Under the pieces are notes generated by a model. That model was given only the letters and a program-made list of their open reading frames with translations. It ran no database searches and was not told the DNA's origin. A stretch of 64,000 bases of DNA from assembly GCA_002104905.1 (NCBI GenBank), contig MCFE01000200.1, forward strand, positions 70,046 to 134,045, in the 5' to 3' direction. A program made the translations under genes and the position numbers. Source of the stretch: Basidiobolus meristosporus CBS 931.73 (lineage: Eukaryota; Fungi; Basidiobolomycota). Shown one piece after another: positions 1 to 12,682 of the stretch (positions within the stretch are counted from its first letter, which is position 1; each line of letters starts with the position of its first letter).

Positions 1-429
1 GTGGGGTTGGGCTTAATGTTAGTGTAGGGTATAGAGACTTGTATAGTTCAATATGACTGGCAATTGAGGCACAACTGAAGTTTCAATGGCAATAAATTAA
101 CTTGTACGCATGAAAAGTAAGAGAAATAGTCAAGTCAGGAAGTAAGGAGTGTGAAAAAAAGGCAATAGCCAATCAATTCTCACAAACATAGGAGACAATA
201 GAGTGTCTGGGATCAGAAAGTAAGCAAATTGGCAGGGAACCAATCAAAAGCCACTTGTACATTGTTATGATGAAAAATTTTGACTAAGTTTATGTGAAAT
301 CTGGGGTGCAGTTATTTTTCAATGATCTCTGGACAGTGTCCCAGCAGGATCAGTATCTCTTAGTCATGGGACTTTTACTTTGTGATGGCCTTTTGACGGG
401 ATCATCTCAATAATTTTTCACACAGTGTA

Positions 430-444
430 CAATGGAACAAGTCT
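430..444. repeat. Right terminal inverted repeat of a further PIF/Harbinger-family element extending left out of the window
   Basis: CAATGGAACAAGTCT is the exact reverse complement of the TIR at 1017-1031 and is followed by ATT. Confidence 0.6.
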
Positions 445-1319
445 ATTATTTGCTAAACATGTTTCTGGACTATTTCTTGATTTCTCTGGGCCATTGCATC
501 TATCCTATCAGCCACTGCACCTATTTGCCTCATTTATGTGTTGGTATGAGCTGACAGCGTACTTGCTAATATAGGTGGTGGTGATGTTATGATGGCTACT
601 GGCTGGTCTTCAACTGAGGGTACTGTGTTTGCAACATTCTCATCTTCCTAAGCATAACAGTCAGCTTGTGGCTCTGCAGAGACTCTCAATTGCCTACTTG
701 ACTGAGAGCCTGGGGAGTCTGCATTATTACCTTCAGTGGGTATAATGTCAATATGGCATTTTTTGGATGTAGCCCCACTTGTTACACTGATTGTCAAAGC
801 AAGCTGTTGTCCAACTCTTCTTTTGCTGCTGTCAGTGGTGGGGTTTGGTTGGGAACCAGATGACTTTGCTTTATTTTTTGTTGGCATATACATAAAAATG
901 AGTCAAATCAAAGGGGAAATAGTGTTACATATATATGTGTATGAGGTGCCACCATTGTATTTATAATGCTTACTATGACAGGTCATCATTAAATCTTACA
1001 TTCAAGTAGGTGCAATAGACTTGTTCCATTGGATAGTGCCACATAGTGCCAGCCTGTTTATAGTGGCGGATTGATCTGGCACTCTACAATACCATCTGGC
1101 ACTAAAATTTATACCTTTATGCCAGTGGTATGATACAGTTACTGGTAATTTTACTCAATCTTACCTATGTTGCTCAGAATAGTGCTTTCCTTGCTTTATT
1201 TACTCTTCATAATGCTCCAGACACATTTCTCTCAGTGGATGTCTTCTTGTATGAGCATACTGTGCATTAATAAGTATCTTAACTATTTTACCTATTCTGC
1301 TGTTTTCACCTATATATGA

Positions 1320-2126
1320 CTTTCCTCTGTATTTGCCTGCCAATATGCTGAATCACTTCAGATATCCAAATGTGTGCCCAACCCTCACTCTGAAATGATC
1401 AAATACCTCATTGTAGAGCTTCTGCTTCCTGCTAAGCACACCATTCCTTGGCTTCCTATAAGCTGTAATACATCCTGATCTGTGACAATCCTCTCCTATT
1501 TAGGCTAAATCTGCCATACATTTCTCCCCTCTACTGAATTCAGGATGATTCTCTATCCAGAGTGCTTTGTCATGCCCACTTCCAGCAAATGGCCCACTAA
1601 ACCAGATGATGTTACCCTCAGTGTCAGACAGTGCTTGAAACTTCACACAGTGTCCCTTGTACTTGCCAGAATAAAAGTGCCTCTGCCCTCTAGAAGGTCT
1701 GTTAATCCTCACTGGGAAGGTATCCAAAATACTCATAGTATGGAGCCTGTTGCTGAACACTCTGGCATATGGAAGTCTATTGGAGCTTCTGAACCTAGTA
1801 TTCCAAGCTTGCTCTAAGTCATTCATACACTCAGCAAGGTGGTTCTCCATTGCTGTCAGCTGGGAATGATAGCTTTTAGGACTTTTGCTGCCATGGATGG
1901 TGGGATGAAATCTTTTAGGGCAATAGTTCTTGTAATAGCAGAGAAGCTTAACAAGGGATCTCCTTGAGTAGATTGGGGTAGATGGTCCACAGTACTTGGA
2001 ATAGATCTCCTCTAGTGTGTCAAAAGGAAATCCAGTGGTAGTGATGGGATTGATGAGAAAAGACCACTCAGATGAGTAAGTCATATTAAAATTGGTGGAT
2101 GATTTTATGGAGGTGGTGTGAATCAA
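1320..2126 (-). pseudogene. DDE_Tnp_4-type (Harbinger/ISL2EU-like) transposase with in-frame stops
   Basis: Motifs LDTFPV, QRHFYSGKYKGHCVKFQALSDTEGNIIWFSGPFAGSGHD and MADLA*. Reading past the stop at 1500 gives RKPRNGVLSRKQKLYNEVFDHFRVRVGHTFGYLK*F. Left boundary approximate. Confidence 0.8.
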
Positions 2127-2443
2127 TTTGGCGCAATCTGCATTATTTATCTGAATTTTAATGCATTATGATTAAATCTCCATCAATTGCCATGTACCCC
2201 ATCATTATGTTGCAAAAATCATCCGCAAACAATGCCTTGGTACTTTTATTGATGCTTTACTCATAGGTCTATAATCAAATAGGAAATCTGCAATTGATAT
2301 GATCTGATCCATGTCAACGCAATCCAAGATGCATCATGCATAATATTTGGAAAATTCAACAATCACATTAGTTTTCATATATATTTCATATAAGACCAGG
2401 TTGATGCCAATATACTGCTGTATAAGTATCAAAATCTGTTGCT

Positions 2444-3061
2444 ATGGTCCCCATACCAAGTCTCAACTCCTCTTTAGTACAACCCAGACATAACCCATCC
2501 CCCAGCTCACAGGCATGGTCTGGGCCGGAAAAGTCAATGTTGGATCCATTCAAGCTCTTGCCAAATGATTTTAGTATGGCCCAAGTGTCTATGATTAGCC
2601 TTCATACAGATGTTTGGGCACTATTGATTAATCTAGCAGAACTTGATACCTCAAGGAGTCAACAAAGATGGAAGAATTTGAGTAGAAAGCTGTGGCATGA
2701 GTTCTACATCAAGATGCCAGCTGATGTATGTAAGAAGATATATAACAAGAGAAGTATTGAAATCAAGAATGAGCTGACAGTGAGGGGATTTGATGAAGAA
2801 GCCATGCAGGAGCAATTTTGCATGCAATCTGCACAGTACAGGCCAGACACATCCGTTTGTGCCTCAACTTTGGGAACCAAAGAGATTTTGAATGAGTTTT
2901 TGCCTCAAATGACTAATGTACTACATGATATATTAGTAGAGTTAAGTGGCTTCCAAGAGCAATATACACAAGACTCAACCAGGCAACAGCTCCAAAGTAT
3001 TAGACAGAGGGTAAGTGATTACCTTGAGGAATCAGATGGTGAGCTTCAGGAGGAAGAATAG
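2444..3061 (+). CDS. Putative second ORF of the Harbinger element (possible Myb/SANT-like partner)
   Basis: 205-aa ORF inside the TIRs, divergent from the transposase. The W...RWKNL..KLW pattern resembles Myb/SANT/MADF helices; the domain call is inference. Confidence 0.4.
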   Translation: MVPIPSLNSSLVQPRHNPSPSSQAWSGPEKSMLDPFKLLPNDFSMAQVSMISLHTDVWALLINLAELDTSRSQQRWKNLSRKLWHEFYIKMPADVCKKIYNKRSIEIKNELTVRGFDEEAMQEQFCMQSAQYRPDTSVCASTLGTKEILNEFLPQMTNVLHDILVELSGFQEQYTQDSTRQQLQSIRQRVSDYLEESDGELQEEE

Positions 3062-5049
3062 AGACCGTGAGCAACATTGTCCAGATTGCACCAGCACACC
3101 TTGTGGATTTCTTACCATCTCTTGCAACCACCGTATGCCAGCACACATCAGTCCAGACTACGCCAACACCCTTTACCAGAATGCCCCACATTGAGTCAAC
3201 ATGTGTTGGGTCAATGCATGCACTTCAGAGCAAAACTACCAGAACTAGCTAAACTGCTCATTTAGACACAAGTCCATTGGAGTGGACCAAGTTGCGTCAA
3301 CTTGCAGCATCACATCAAACTCAGCCAAAGGCCATCTCAATGCGTCAAGCTGTGCCTGCGCATGCCTTTTTGCCTGACTATCAGCAAGTTACTTCTGGTG
3401 AACGGACTGATGATGACCAACATGAAGTGCCTCAACCACCAGAGCCCTTGGCAAGTAAAAGAACATGTCAGCGCGTGGCACTCCAGGCCTGTTCAGTTGG
3501 TTCAGTTGGAGTAATTGAGCGCGGCCAAGCTGCAGAATTGCACTCATCAACTAGGAGGCAAAATACTGACTATAAATACACAAGTAGCCAAGATGATAGT
3601 CAGCCAGGAAGTAGTATAGGTGTGCAAAGTGAGTCACTACCAAATGCTTCAGTAGTAATTCCTGTGAGAAAAAACCCAGGAGAAGACAATGCAATTGGTT
3701 TGAGTTGCTATTATTTGTAAAGATCCCAACAACCCATTTTTTTTGCGATCTGATTCAAGCCATTGCAAATCAGTGATCATCAAATTTTTGATAAAAGTAA
3801 TATCAAGGTTGTCTCACATTTGAGACAAAATCTCTATAAATAAATACCCTGCATATATATACATCATCTGTTATACCAGTACCGCTATTGGATCTGTTTT
3901 GCACCTACCCAATTGCTTGCGTGCTAGCTATGACACCTTGTCCAATCATTAGGATCAGGGATTTACTTGCTCAATGGGCAAAATGGGATATTTGATGGCA
4001 AATCAGGTAGCTTGTTTAGTAGTCAATGAGCCAACTGGGGGCTGCCAGTTTCAGGATACTTTTGGACCAATTAACCACTGAGATACTGTCCAATTGGAGT
4101 GATGGTAACCAAAATGGTAAGTATCAGTGTAGTGTATATTGTGATACACATTTATTTCCATTTACATTGATGAAACATATCCAAATACTGGATTTTACCT
4201 GCCATAATAGTGGTATCTGATTGCGCATGTGATGCAGACATTATGAGTTGGCACAATCATATGTGCCAGCCTCATTGTGTCAGATTGTGCCATAGTGTGT
4301 GAGATCATCCCACATAGTGCAAAATTGTCCAAGAACAATCCTGCCTTCTGGTAGCTATAATATTACGCCCAATTGTTCTTTACACCCGTGGATTGCACTG
4401 CACACCCTTGCATGGTACAATGGAACAAGTTTAATGTCTCAAATACAAGACTGTCTTAAGTTCAAATGAGTATTGACCAAAAAGTGATATAATAGAGCTA
4501 TTTTGTTGTAGGCAAACTGTTTACCCCATGGACAAGACTACTCTGATTCAATGCTTTAAGAGAAGAGAAAAAGACCATGTGGCTATTGTAGCAAGACTCT
4601 CTGCCAGGAAGCTGGCAGACAGCTTTGGAATTATTACAGTGATCATGGCCAGTGTTTTGCCACACAAGTCATGTTTGACCAATCACTGGTCTCTACTGTA
4701 CCAACATTTTCTTGCCAGCCAGCAAATACTTCAATATTGGCACCTGGCTGCCTTTGTCATCTTGCACAAACTGAGTTGGGTGAGTTTGTGACACCTTTAG
4801 GCTCACATCAGCCTTCTGTATATGGCATGCAAAGTGATTGCTCTGATAAAAAAGGTTCACTGATGGATTGTGAGCCTATCTCCCCTAACAACAGTATGAT
4901 GTATGAACCAGGTCAAATACCAATATGCAATGAGACAACACCCACTGAAATAAATGCCAAGGATACTTTATGGAGCCAAGTGAGCCCAGTAATCCATCTA
5001 TTGGTGAATGGTGTAATGTTGTGACTTGAGAAGTAGTAGGTTTCCACTA

Positions 5050-7400
5050 ATATCAGTTATGGGGGCTTAGAGGATTTATTACTACTTCTTGCCAAAGTCA
5101 TGCCAGGATGCAACTTACCATGGACATGGTACAAGTGGACAACCATCATGTGGTTGGCAACATATGACTCAGAGACTGTCCTGACTCCAGCATGTGTTAA
5201 AAGTTGCATGGCATTTACATCCAAATATGCTACCATTGCAATGTGACCAAATTGTCAGGAATCCACCACCATTGAGGGAAAACATTGCTCACACTCTGGA
5301 TATATTTCAGTAATACCCCATCTAAAGCAGCTAATGCAGTCCAACAAATATTGCAAAGCCTTACAGTACTGCTGTGGTAAGGTAAACATACCTCCCACAG
5401 ACAAGTTTATTCATATAGCCATTATGATATGCTTAACCATATTTTATCTTATCAGTATTATCCCATTTTTCTTTTGCCCATATTATCAGTATTATCCCCA
5501 TATGATGTTTACCCTGATTAGTTGTTAGCATTAGTTATCCCAGATGTTATTCAGCTTTGTGATCAATATATGTATCTTCATAAGGCAAGTACAGGCGTCA
5601 GTGCCTGTGACACATGAACTAGGGTTGTGTTACCATCCCTACCATTTCAATACTACATATGGTATTTTTATGTTGCACTGGCTTCAGACTACTGATCCCT
5701 GATTGGTTGGATGAGCTGTGCCTTTTAGAACCTTCCAGGACATTCTTGGCATATTTTTAGCTCATAGTGATGTCATCAAGAATTCCACTGATGACTAGAA
5801 TTGTCTAGAACCATTTCATTAGTAATCACTTGACAATCAGGAAAAGTATTTAAGGGAAAGCAATCCCTCATCAGTAAACCATCCCTTCTAGCAGTAACAT
5901 TTCTCCCTTATTAATTAGCAGTAGATCACTGCACCTACCTTTAACAGTTACACCTCAGACTTGCCATCAGGGAGCTTTTCAGGATAGTGCACAAGACACA
6001 CAGAGGCCTCTGAAGACACTTGGAGCAACTAGGAAGCTAGAGAAGCAGGAGCTTTTACCTTAGTGACGTATTGACAAAGACACTAGCAGTTTAGACACAG
6101 AAGTTATTGCACCCATCAGACACCTCACACACCTTGAGTTGTGTAGCTTCTCCCAGGAGTACCTCTGCACCACCACACTGCACTCAGTATCAATCAAGTG
6201 CAAACATATCCAACATATTTGATGGAAATCATTACAAACAGCTGAGAAGCAAGGGCTACTTTGAAGGTATCTATGACCATGCCTTTGCCTTGGCACTTGA
6301 TGGATTCTCATTAAGCAAGTACTCTACCAGCAAATCCTGCTGTCTACTGATTCACATCAATCTGAATCTGCCGCCCATCCTACAGTATCCAAGCAATAAT
6401 CTGATTGTAGTCTCACTGGTATCTGGGCCTGAACCACCATCCAACCTGGATAGCTACCAGTATCCATTGCAAGATGAATTTTGTATGCCTTCCAGCAGGA
6501 TAGCAGTAAATGGCTGTCATGTAAATGTGTATATTATTATCTGCATTGATGATACCCCAGCCATCAGCTAGGTAGCAGGTTTTTCTGGGCACAATGGATG
6601 GTATTGCTGTCAAATTTGTGAGATCTAGGGGATTTGCTCTATAAGTCACACACTTTATTATAACCCAAACACCAGCACTAAGAATGTCATCTTCCCACAG
6701 AGAGAGTATACAAATGTCAGAATGCAGTTACAGCAAAGGTGGCAATCTATCAGCCATTGGCCAGAATATGGAATCAATTGAAAACCAGAGATACTTAAGA
6801 TAGATGGTATCTGTTGAATCAAAAGCTTTTCACTGTGAGCAATGCATTTGCTTTTCAATAATATCCCTATACTGATGACCAAGTTGTACATGGGGCATTT
6901 CAAGCTAAATGAGCCCTTTGAAATACCAGAGAAATTTGAAAGAACTGGCAAGATATTACAGAATATTTGTTACCATTAGTGCTTCTCACAGGCTCCAATC
7001 AATATTCATATGCATATGGCACAATACTAATGCAAAGACTGGATGAACTAGATATGTATTTATTCAGGTGGCACTCTGAAACCATTCCCACCAAGAGTAC
7101 AGGAAGCATTGGGAGTCATATGCGGACATTGTAGGAATATTTATCCCAAAGCAGATCATCAATGCCAACTTGACACATCTACAGCTGTTGTGCCTGGAGT
7201 TTGTAACAGGATTTGAGTGGCTATACCACAATTCAAGGTCAAGTAGAATGCGCTTGACTTGTTCCATGAGCATTATCCTGGATCTAAATGAGTAAACAGA
7301 TTTTGGACTAGCAATGGTATGCTAGAAAGTATCTCCAGAAAAGCAGAAACTATCAAAGGCAGAAGAATAAGAGTGCAATTGCTGAAAACTAGTGGCTTCC
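5050..7400 (+). pseudogene. Decayed CACTA/EnSpm-type (Transposase_21-like) transposase
   Basis: Fragments ACVKSCMAFTSKY, ALDGFSL..CCLLIHINLNLPP..SGPEPPSNLDSYQYPLQDE, DDTPAIS*VAGFSGHNGWYCCQICEI*G and LCLEFVTGFEWLYH; many stops and frameshifts. Boundaries approximate. Confidence 0.65.
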
Positions 7401-8569
7401 TTAAGCACCTGTTACATGAAGAGCCAAAAGCTCCAAGCAAGCATCTAAGTGACATCAAGTAGCTGGAAGAGTGCTGATAAGGGAAAAGCAGGCAGATATA
7501 GATGCACTGGCACAGCCATTATCCAGGAAAAAGGATAGTTCCACTCTAGAAGCACTTGGTCAAAGTAGCAGTGAAGGACCTGGCAGTGATAAAAATCAGT
7601 GGCTACCTCAGGAGCCCATTACGGCATGGGCTGAGAGCTCAAAACAAGCAGGAAAAAAGTGTCATGTTGCCCACAGAGTGCCAGCAAGTGACAAGCAGGC
7701 CAAAACAGATGCATCTGAGAAGGATTCATCAAGGAGAAAGCAAGGTTCAATACAAGAAGTGTGGTAATGGAAAGTATTCCATTACAACACATCTCAAAAC
7801 CAATATTGCACTCATTTTTTTATTTTACTTTTTGCTATTGTAACACACAAGTGAAGGATCAGGAATTTCCAACTTTGAAGGACAAATGCTCCAGACCCTG
7901 ACAAGAAATACACCCAGAAATAATATGTCATGCAGAACACTCAGTAGCCAACACATGCTGCCACTTACAGCTCATTTGATTCAGTGCTTAAGGAGCTTCA
8001 ATCCAACAAGTCAAATTATCATATATACTAGGCCTCTATTGGTAGGATTACTATGGTGACTTCAATTGCTTGTAACTTTTAAACCAGCCAATCAATTTAT
8101 GTGGAATTTTCACAGGTACTGCGCCTATGTCTGATCTGTGCCACTGCAAGATTTAGCTTTGCATCACATGTATTGCTTCTGCAATTGCTCAAAAACTCTG
8201 ATCCTCAGAATTTTCATATATATTACTTCCCCAGCTGAAAAATAAAGGAGAGCCTTTATTTCCAGAATCTCTACACTACAATTACAAGCTCAATGGCTAT
8301 AGGACTTCCCCTGCATCACTTGCAATGTTGAGTATTCTGACTTTGATTGGTACTACATTGGTAAAGAGACTGCAAAGCTCACAAGAATTCAATATAAGTT
8401 GTACAAGAAAACTACCCCTTTTATGTTGAAAAAGTCCCCTCTGAGAAACCCCTTTACTGAGGGTCATTGCTTACAAGCTGCTGATATCATAACAGTCTCC
8501 TGAAAGCATCCTGAAGGCTGATATGGGTTAGATCCACCTGCAGGACCAAGTTAATTTTCACAGGGTTCT

Positions 8570-11279
8570 TGAATTAGATGAAATTGCTCCTTGGCAGTAA
8601 AGCAAGGTGTTTCTTATGGTGGATCTTCTGGACATATTCCAAGCATGATATACATAAGACTGCCATACATATATTGATAAGGAAAGTCAGAGCTTTCAGG
8701 TAGCACCTAGCTCCCTTGGTTTGGTTGAGTTTTGACAAAGTTAAAGTTTTTCTCCATAGGGGTAGCAGCCAGTTTACAGTCTTCTATCTTGTACTTCTTT
8801 AGTATATCTTGAATATATTCACAGCCCCAATGGTGGTTATCTTGGTCTGCAAACCCATCAGGCTGGCTCATATGCACATGCTCAGCATGTTCTTCATACA
8901 AAAATGCAGGCTTTATATCCATATAATGTAAAAAAACGTATATTTGGCTGCAATAGCCATTATTAATCTGATGGGATTAAACTTGGCTACCAGTGCAAAG
9001 GTCTTAGTATAGTCAAGTCTTTTTGTTTGAGAGTATCCTTTGGCACAAGTCTGGCTTTGTGTGTTTCAATTTTATCATCAGTCATGTATTGTGTCTTGAG
9101 GAACCATCTGCATCCAATTGAATTTTGGTTCACTGGTAACTTGACTAAGCTCCAAGTTTGATTTTCCATCAGGGCCTGATACTCCTTAATCATTGCAGAT
9201 CCTGAAAACTCTGTCTGAGGACTATTTAAGGCCTCTTTTACAGTCTTGGGCTTGTCAATATGGACTGAATAGGCGTAGGCTAAGTTTTTGTCCTCAATGA
9301 TTCAGTAGTTGCTCTATTTCTGGTCAGGTTGACTCTCCTGGCTTGTGAAGCTGGAGGCACTACTTCTGAGATATTACTGGGCCCTGACTCAGGCTAAACC
9401 ACGGCTGTAGAGTCCTCTGCAACAGGTCACTATGGCCTTCAGAGTGCCCTGTGTATCTCCTCTACTGACTATCACTGCTTATTAAAGCATCTTCTTCTTT
9501 CTTCCTGTTGGTGCTTGATTTTCTTGATTCTTCATCCAGGAGCCTTCCATATGTGTAATTTAAGGCCAAATCTTCAGTTCTGGACTCTAGAACTGACACA
9601 AGGCCCTGAAACCTGTTTGTCAGGCTATTCAGGATGGTATTTATCAGATCCTCATCAGTAGTTGGCACACCCATACATTTCATCTCATCCACCAGCAGGG
9701 TAAGCATGGATGAAAAAATGTTTAATATCATTTATAATTTCATTGACCTACCCTTGGTTAATGCACGTAAATACAACCACAAAACTACTAAAACACCCTC
9801 TGAAAATTTTTTGGAACATATTCCAGGCTGCTTCATCTGCGGAATCTAATACACCCCCTTTTGCAACAAAAATAACATAATGAAATAAAAGTTTGATTTT
9901 ACATACTTGATCAATGAAATCTTTAATATGCTAAATTGCTCCTTCTCTACTTGCTTTGGCAGATCTATTAGATGGGCCCATAGTATCAACCATATACCAT
10001 CTGCACCCAAATCCAATGGTGGCCTTTTCTGTTACTTGACCTCCTCCTGCACCAATTGGGAAACAATTTTCTTCATCAGATACAATCAATTGTTCAACTA
10101 AAGCACTGGCAATACTATATTTTGTCTTCCTAAAGGTTTTGCATTTCTTCTACTGGCAGCATCTTTGTAGTAAAGAGTTTTAGCCTCAGAAACATTTTCT
10201 TAGCAGCTGAACATGACTGGTAGGTGTCTCCCAATAGGCTTGTTCTGTTGGATAGTGCCACATTGAGCCATGAGTGCCAAATGATGCCATAGTGTGCTAG
10301 AGAGGTAAAGTGAGCCTATACTTGGCCACAGAGTGTGAAACATAGCTCTGCATCTTTATTTAAAGCAGCCCCTGTGTTTCACCCATAGCACGGGAGAAAA
10401 TCCATTTTTTGACCTTTTTTTGTGGATCAATGTAGCTCAGGATGTGTAAGAGCCCAATCAGATGGAAGATATGCATCTGGTACTCAATACCCATGGCACT
10501 CTGAATCTAACTCCTGTAGCTTGTATCATGTCACAAAAATGAATGGCACTATCTTGGTCCACTGGTACTATCTGGCACTATATTTAAATATTAGCCCTAA
10601 AGTAAGATCTATACAAAGCACTTATAGTGCCAGATAGTGCCAGTGGACCAAGATAGTGCCATTCATTTTTGTGACATGATACAAGCTACAGGAGCTAGAA
10701 TCAGAATGCCATGGGTATTGAGTATCAGATGCATATCTTCCATCTGCTTGTGCTCTAACACATCCTGCGCAACATTGATCCAAAAAAAAAGGTCAAGAAA
10801 TAGAATTTCTCCAACACAAATGGTGAAACACAGGGGCTGCTTTGCATGAAGATGCAAAGCTATGTTTCATACTCTGTGGCCAGGTAGAGGCTCACTTGGC
10901 CTCTCTGGCACACTATGGCATCATTTGGCACTCATGGCTCAATGTGGCACTATCCTACAGAACAAGTCTAATGCCTTCCAGGAATTCTTTGCTGCTTTTG
11001 CTTTTGATCATTGATTTGGCATTTTGTCTTTGACATTAAGGCATATGCAACTAAAGGCACTATTTTCTTTCTTCTGGTACCATAAGGATTCCTCTCCCAC
11101 ATTCTTATGAGGGCATTCTTCTCCCATGACAATATCCAAAAGGCACTTTCTTGTAGTAGCATCTTCATCTTCACCTTCCATACTTGGTGGTTAGATTCAT
11201 CCAACTTTTCAGCTGAGGGATAATTCTGGTAATTGCAGTGGTGGAAGTTGCAGATAGTGACAACCTGGAGCTCATAACC
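8570..11279 (-). mobile_element. Heavily deleted internal part of a Ty1/copia element (gag, RT and RNaseH fragments)
   Basis: Nucleotide and peptide similarity to the 17597-22262 element; PBS-like GGAGCTCATAACC abutting the LTR at 11280; interrupted by a MITE. Confidence 0.75.
10236..10969. mobile_element. 734-bp fold-back MITE (Harbinger family) inserted in copia gag
   Basis: Arms 10236-10582 and 10623-10969 (347 bp each) are imperfect reverse complements around a 40-bp spacer; AAT TSD; termini resemble the TIR at 1017; removing it restores the gag sequence seen near 21600-21630. Confidence 0.9.
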
Positions 11280-11627
11280 TGCTGTAAGAGTTTTGGAGAT
11301 ATGTGAAGTGATAGGGAGACATTTAGATTATGTGGTTTTCACTGAATGATTTATTGAATATAAAAGTGGTGTATGTACTTTAACATAATCTTAGCATGAT
11401 AATCATGTAGAATAGGGATAGAAAGGTCCTCAGAACATGTGTGCAAGGTTTGGAGCTGTTTGAACAACTTGTCTGATTTTCATGTTCTGGGTACCTGATA
11501 TTTTGGTGAAAATATTATAAGTGAGTCCCAACAGGGAATTTGGTCAGTATTCTCCAGGATCTGAAGGTAATGATCTAAGTGACTAAGTTAGGTGAGTATA
11601 TAGGTGGAATTACAAATCTTTATAATA
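11280..11627 (-). repeat. Copia LTR shared by two tandem elements
   Basis: Family LTR with a PBS on its left side and a PPT (CTCCCACTCAGCT) on its right side. Confidence 0.8.
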
Positions 11628-12333
11628 CTCCCACTCAGCTAAATGCTCATGATAGCTAGTCCTAATTTTGACCTAAGTTATTCAAAGTTGTCTCTGCTTA
11701 ATATATATATGCAGAGCTCTAACATGAAAAGTTGGATTTTTACCTAATTGAACACATCCTTGATTATCTTGAAATAAAGTGACAGGTGTTTTTTGACATA
11801 GGCCTACATCTGTAAAAAGCTTTCTTACCACATTGCTTCTTTTGTAGCTTCACAAGCTGCCATATACTCTGCCTCTGTGGTGAAAAGTGCTACTGTTGGT
11901 TGCTTTCTTGAATTCCATGAAATTACTCCTTGACAGTAATGAAAGGTGTATCCTGTGGTGGATCTTCTGTCTTCTAGATTCTGTCCCCAATTGGCATCAG
12001 AGTGTTCAATATGATCCTGTTCTGAATCCTCATTGGTGTATCTTAAGCAGGTCTCAGCAGTTCCTTTTAGGTATTTGAAAATCTGCTTAACTGCTGCAAT
12101 ATGATCAGATCCATAGTTCTAATTATGCTGGCTGACAACTCCCACTGAGTATGAGATATCTGGGCATGCTCCAAGCATAACATAGATCAGAATGCCAACC
12201 GTCAACTGATAAGAAAAGTCAGGGCATTCAGATGGCACCAAGCTCTCTTGATCTGGTTGAGCTTTGACCAATTTAAGGTTTGTCTCCATTAGGGTAGCTG
12301 CTATTTTACAGTCTTCCATAAGGTACTTCTTTA

Positions 12334-12682
12334 TGTTGTAAGAGTCTTGGAGATATTGGAAGTGATTTGGGAGGACAAGTAGATTACGTGGTTTTCACTT
12401 AATGATTTATTGAATGTTAAAGTAGTATTTATACTTTTACCTGGTCTTGGCTTACTAACACTTAGAATAGGTTAAGGAAGATCCCAAGAACATGTGTGCA
12501 AAGTTTGGGGCTGTTTGGACAACTTTGAGAATTTTCATGTTCGGGGTACCTGGTATTTTGGTGAAAATATTCTAAATAAATCCCAACAAGGAATTTGGTC
12601 AGTATTCTCTAGGATTTGAGGGTAATGATCTAAGTGACTAAGTTAGGTGAATATCTAAGTGGAATTACAAATTTTTACAATG
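12334..12682 (-). repeat. Solo LTR nested in the RT region of a same-family copia
   Basis: Family LTR flanked by a 5-bp TSD, CTTTA (12329-12333 and 12683-12687); the uninterrupted site is visible in the 17597-22262 copy. Confidence 0.9.

Larger units (their letters stand above)
1017..4432. mobile_element. PIF/Harbinger (IS5-like) DNA transposon, about 3.4 kb, defective
   Basis: 15-bp TIRs AGACTTGTTCCATTG (1017) and CAATGGAACAAGTTT (4418-4432, 1 mismatch); AAT on both flanks (1014-1016, 4433-4435); encloses a DDE_Tnp_4-type transposase and a divergent second ORF. Confidence 0.8.
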
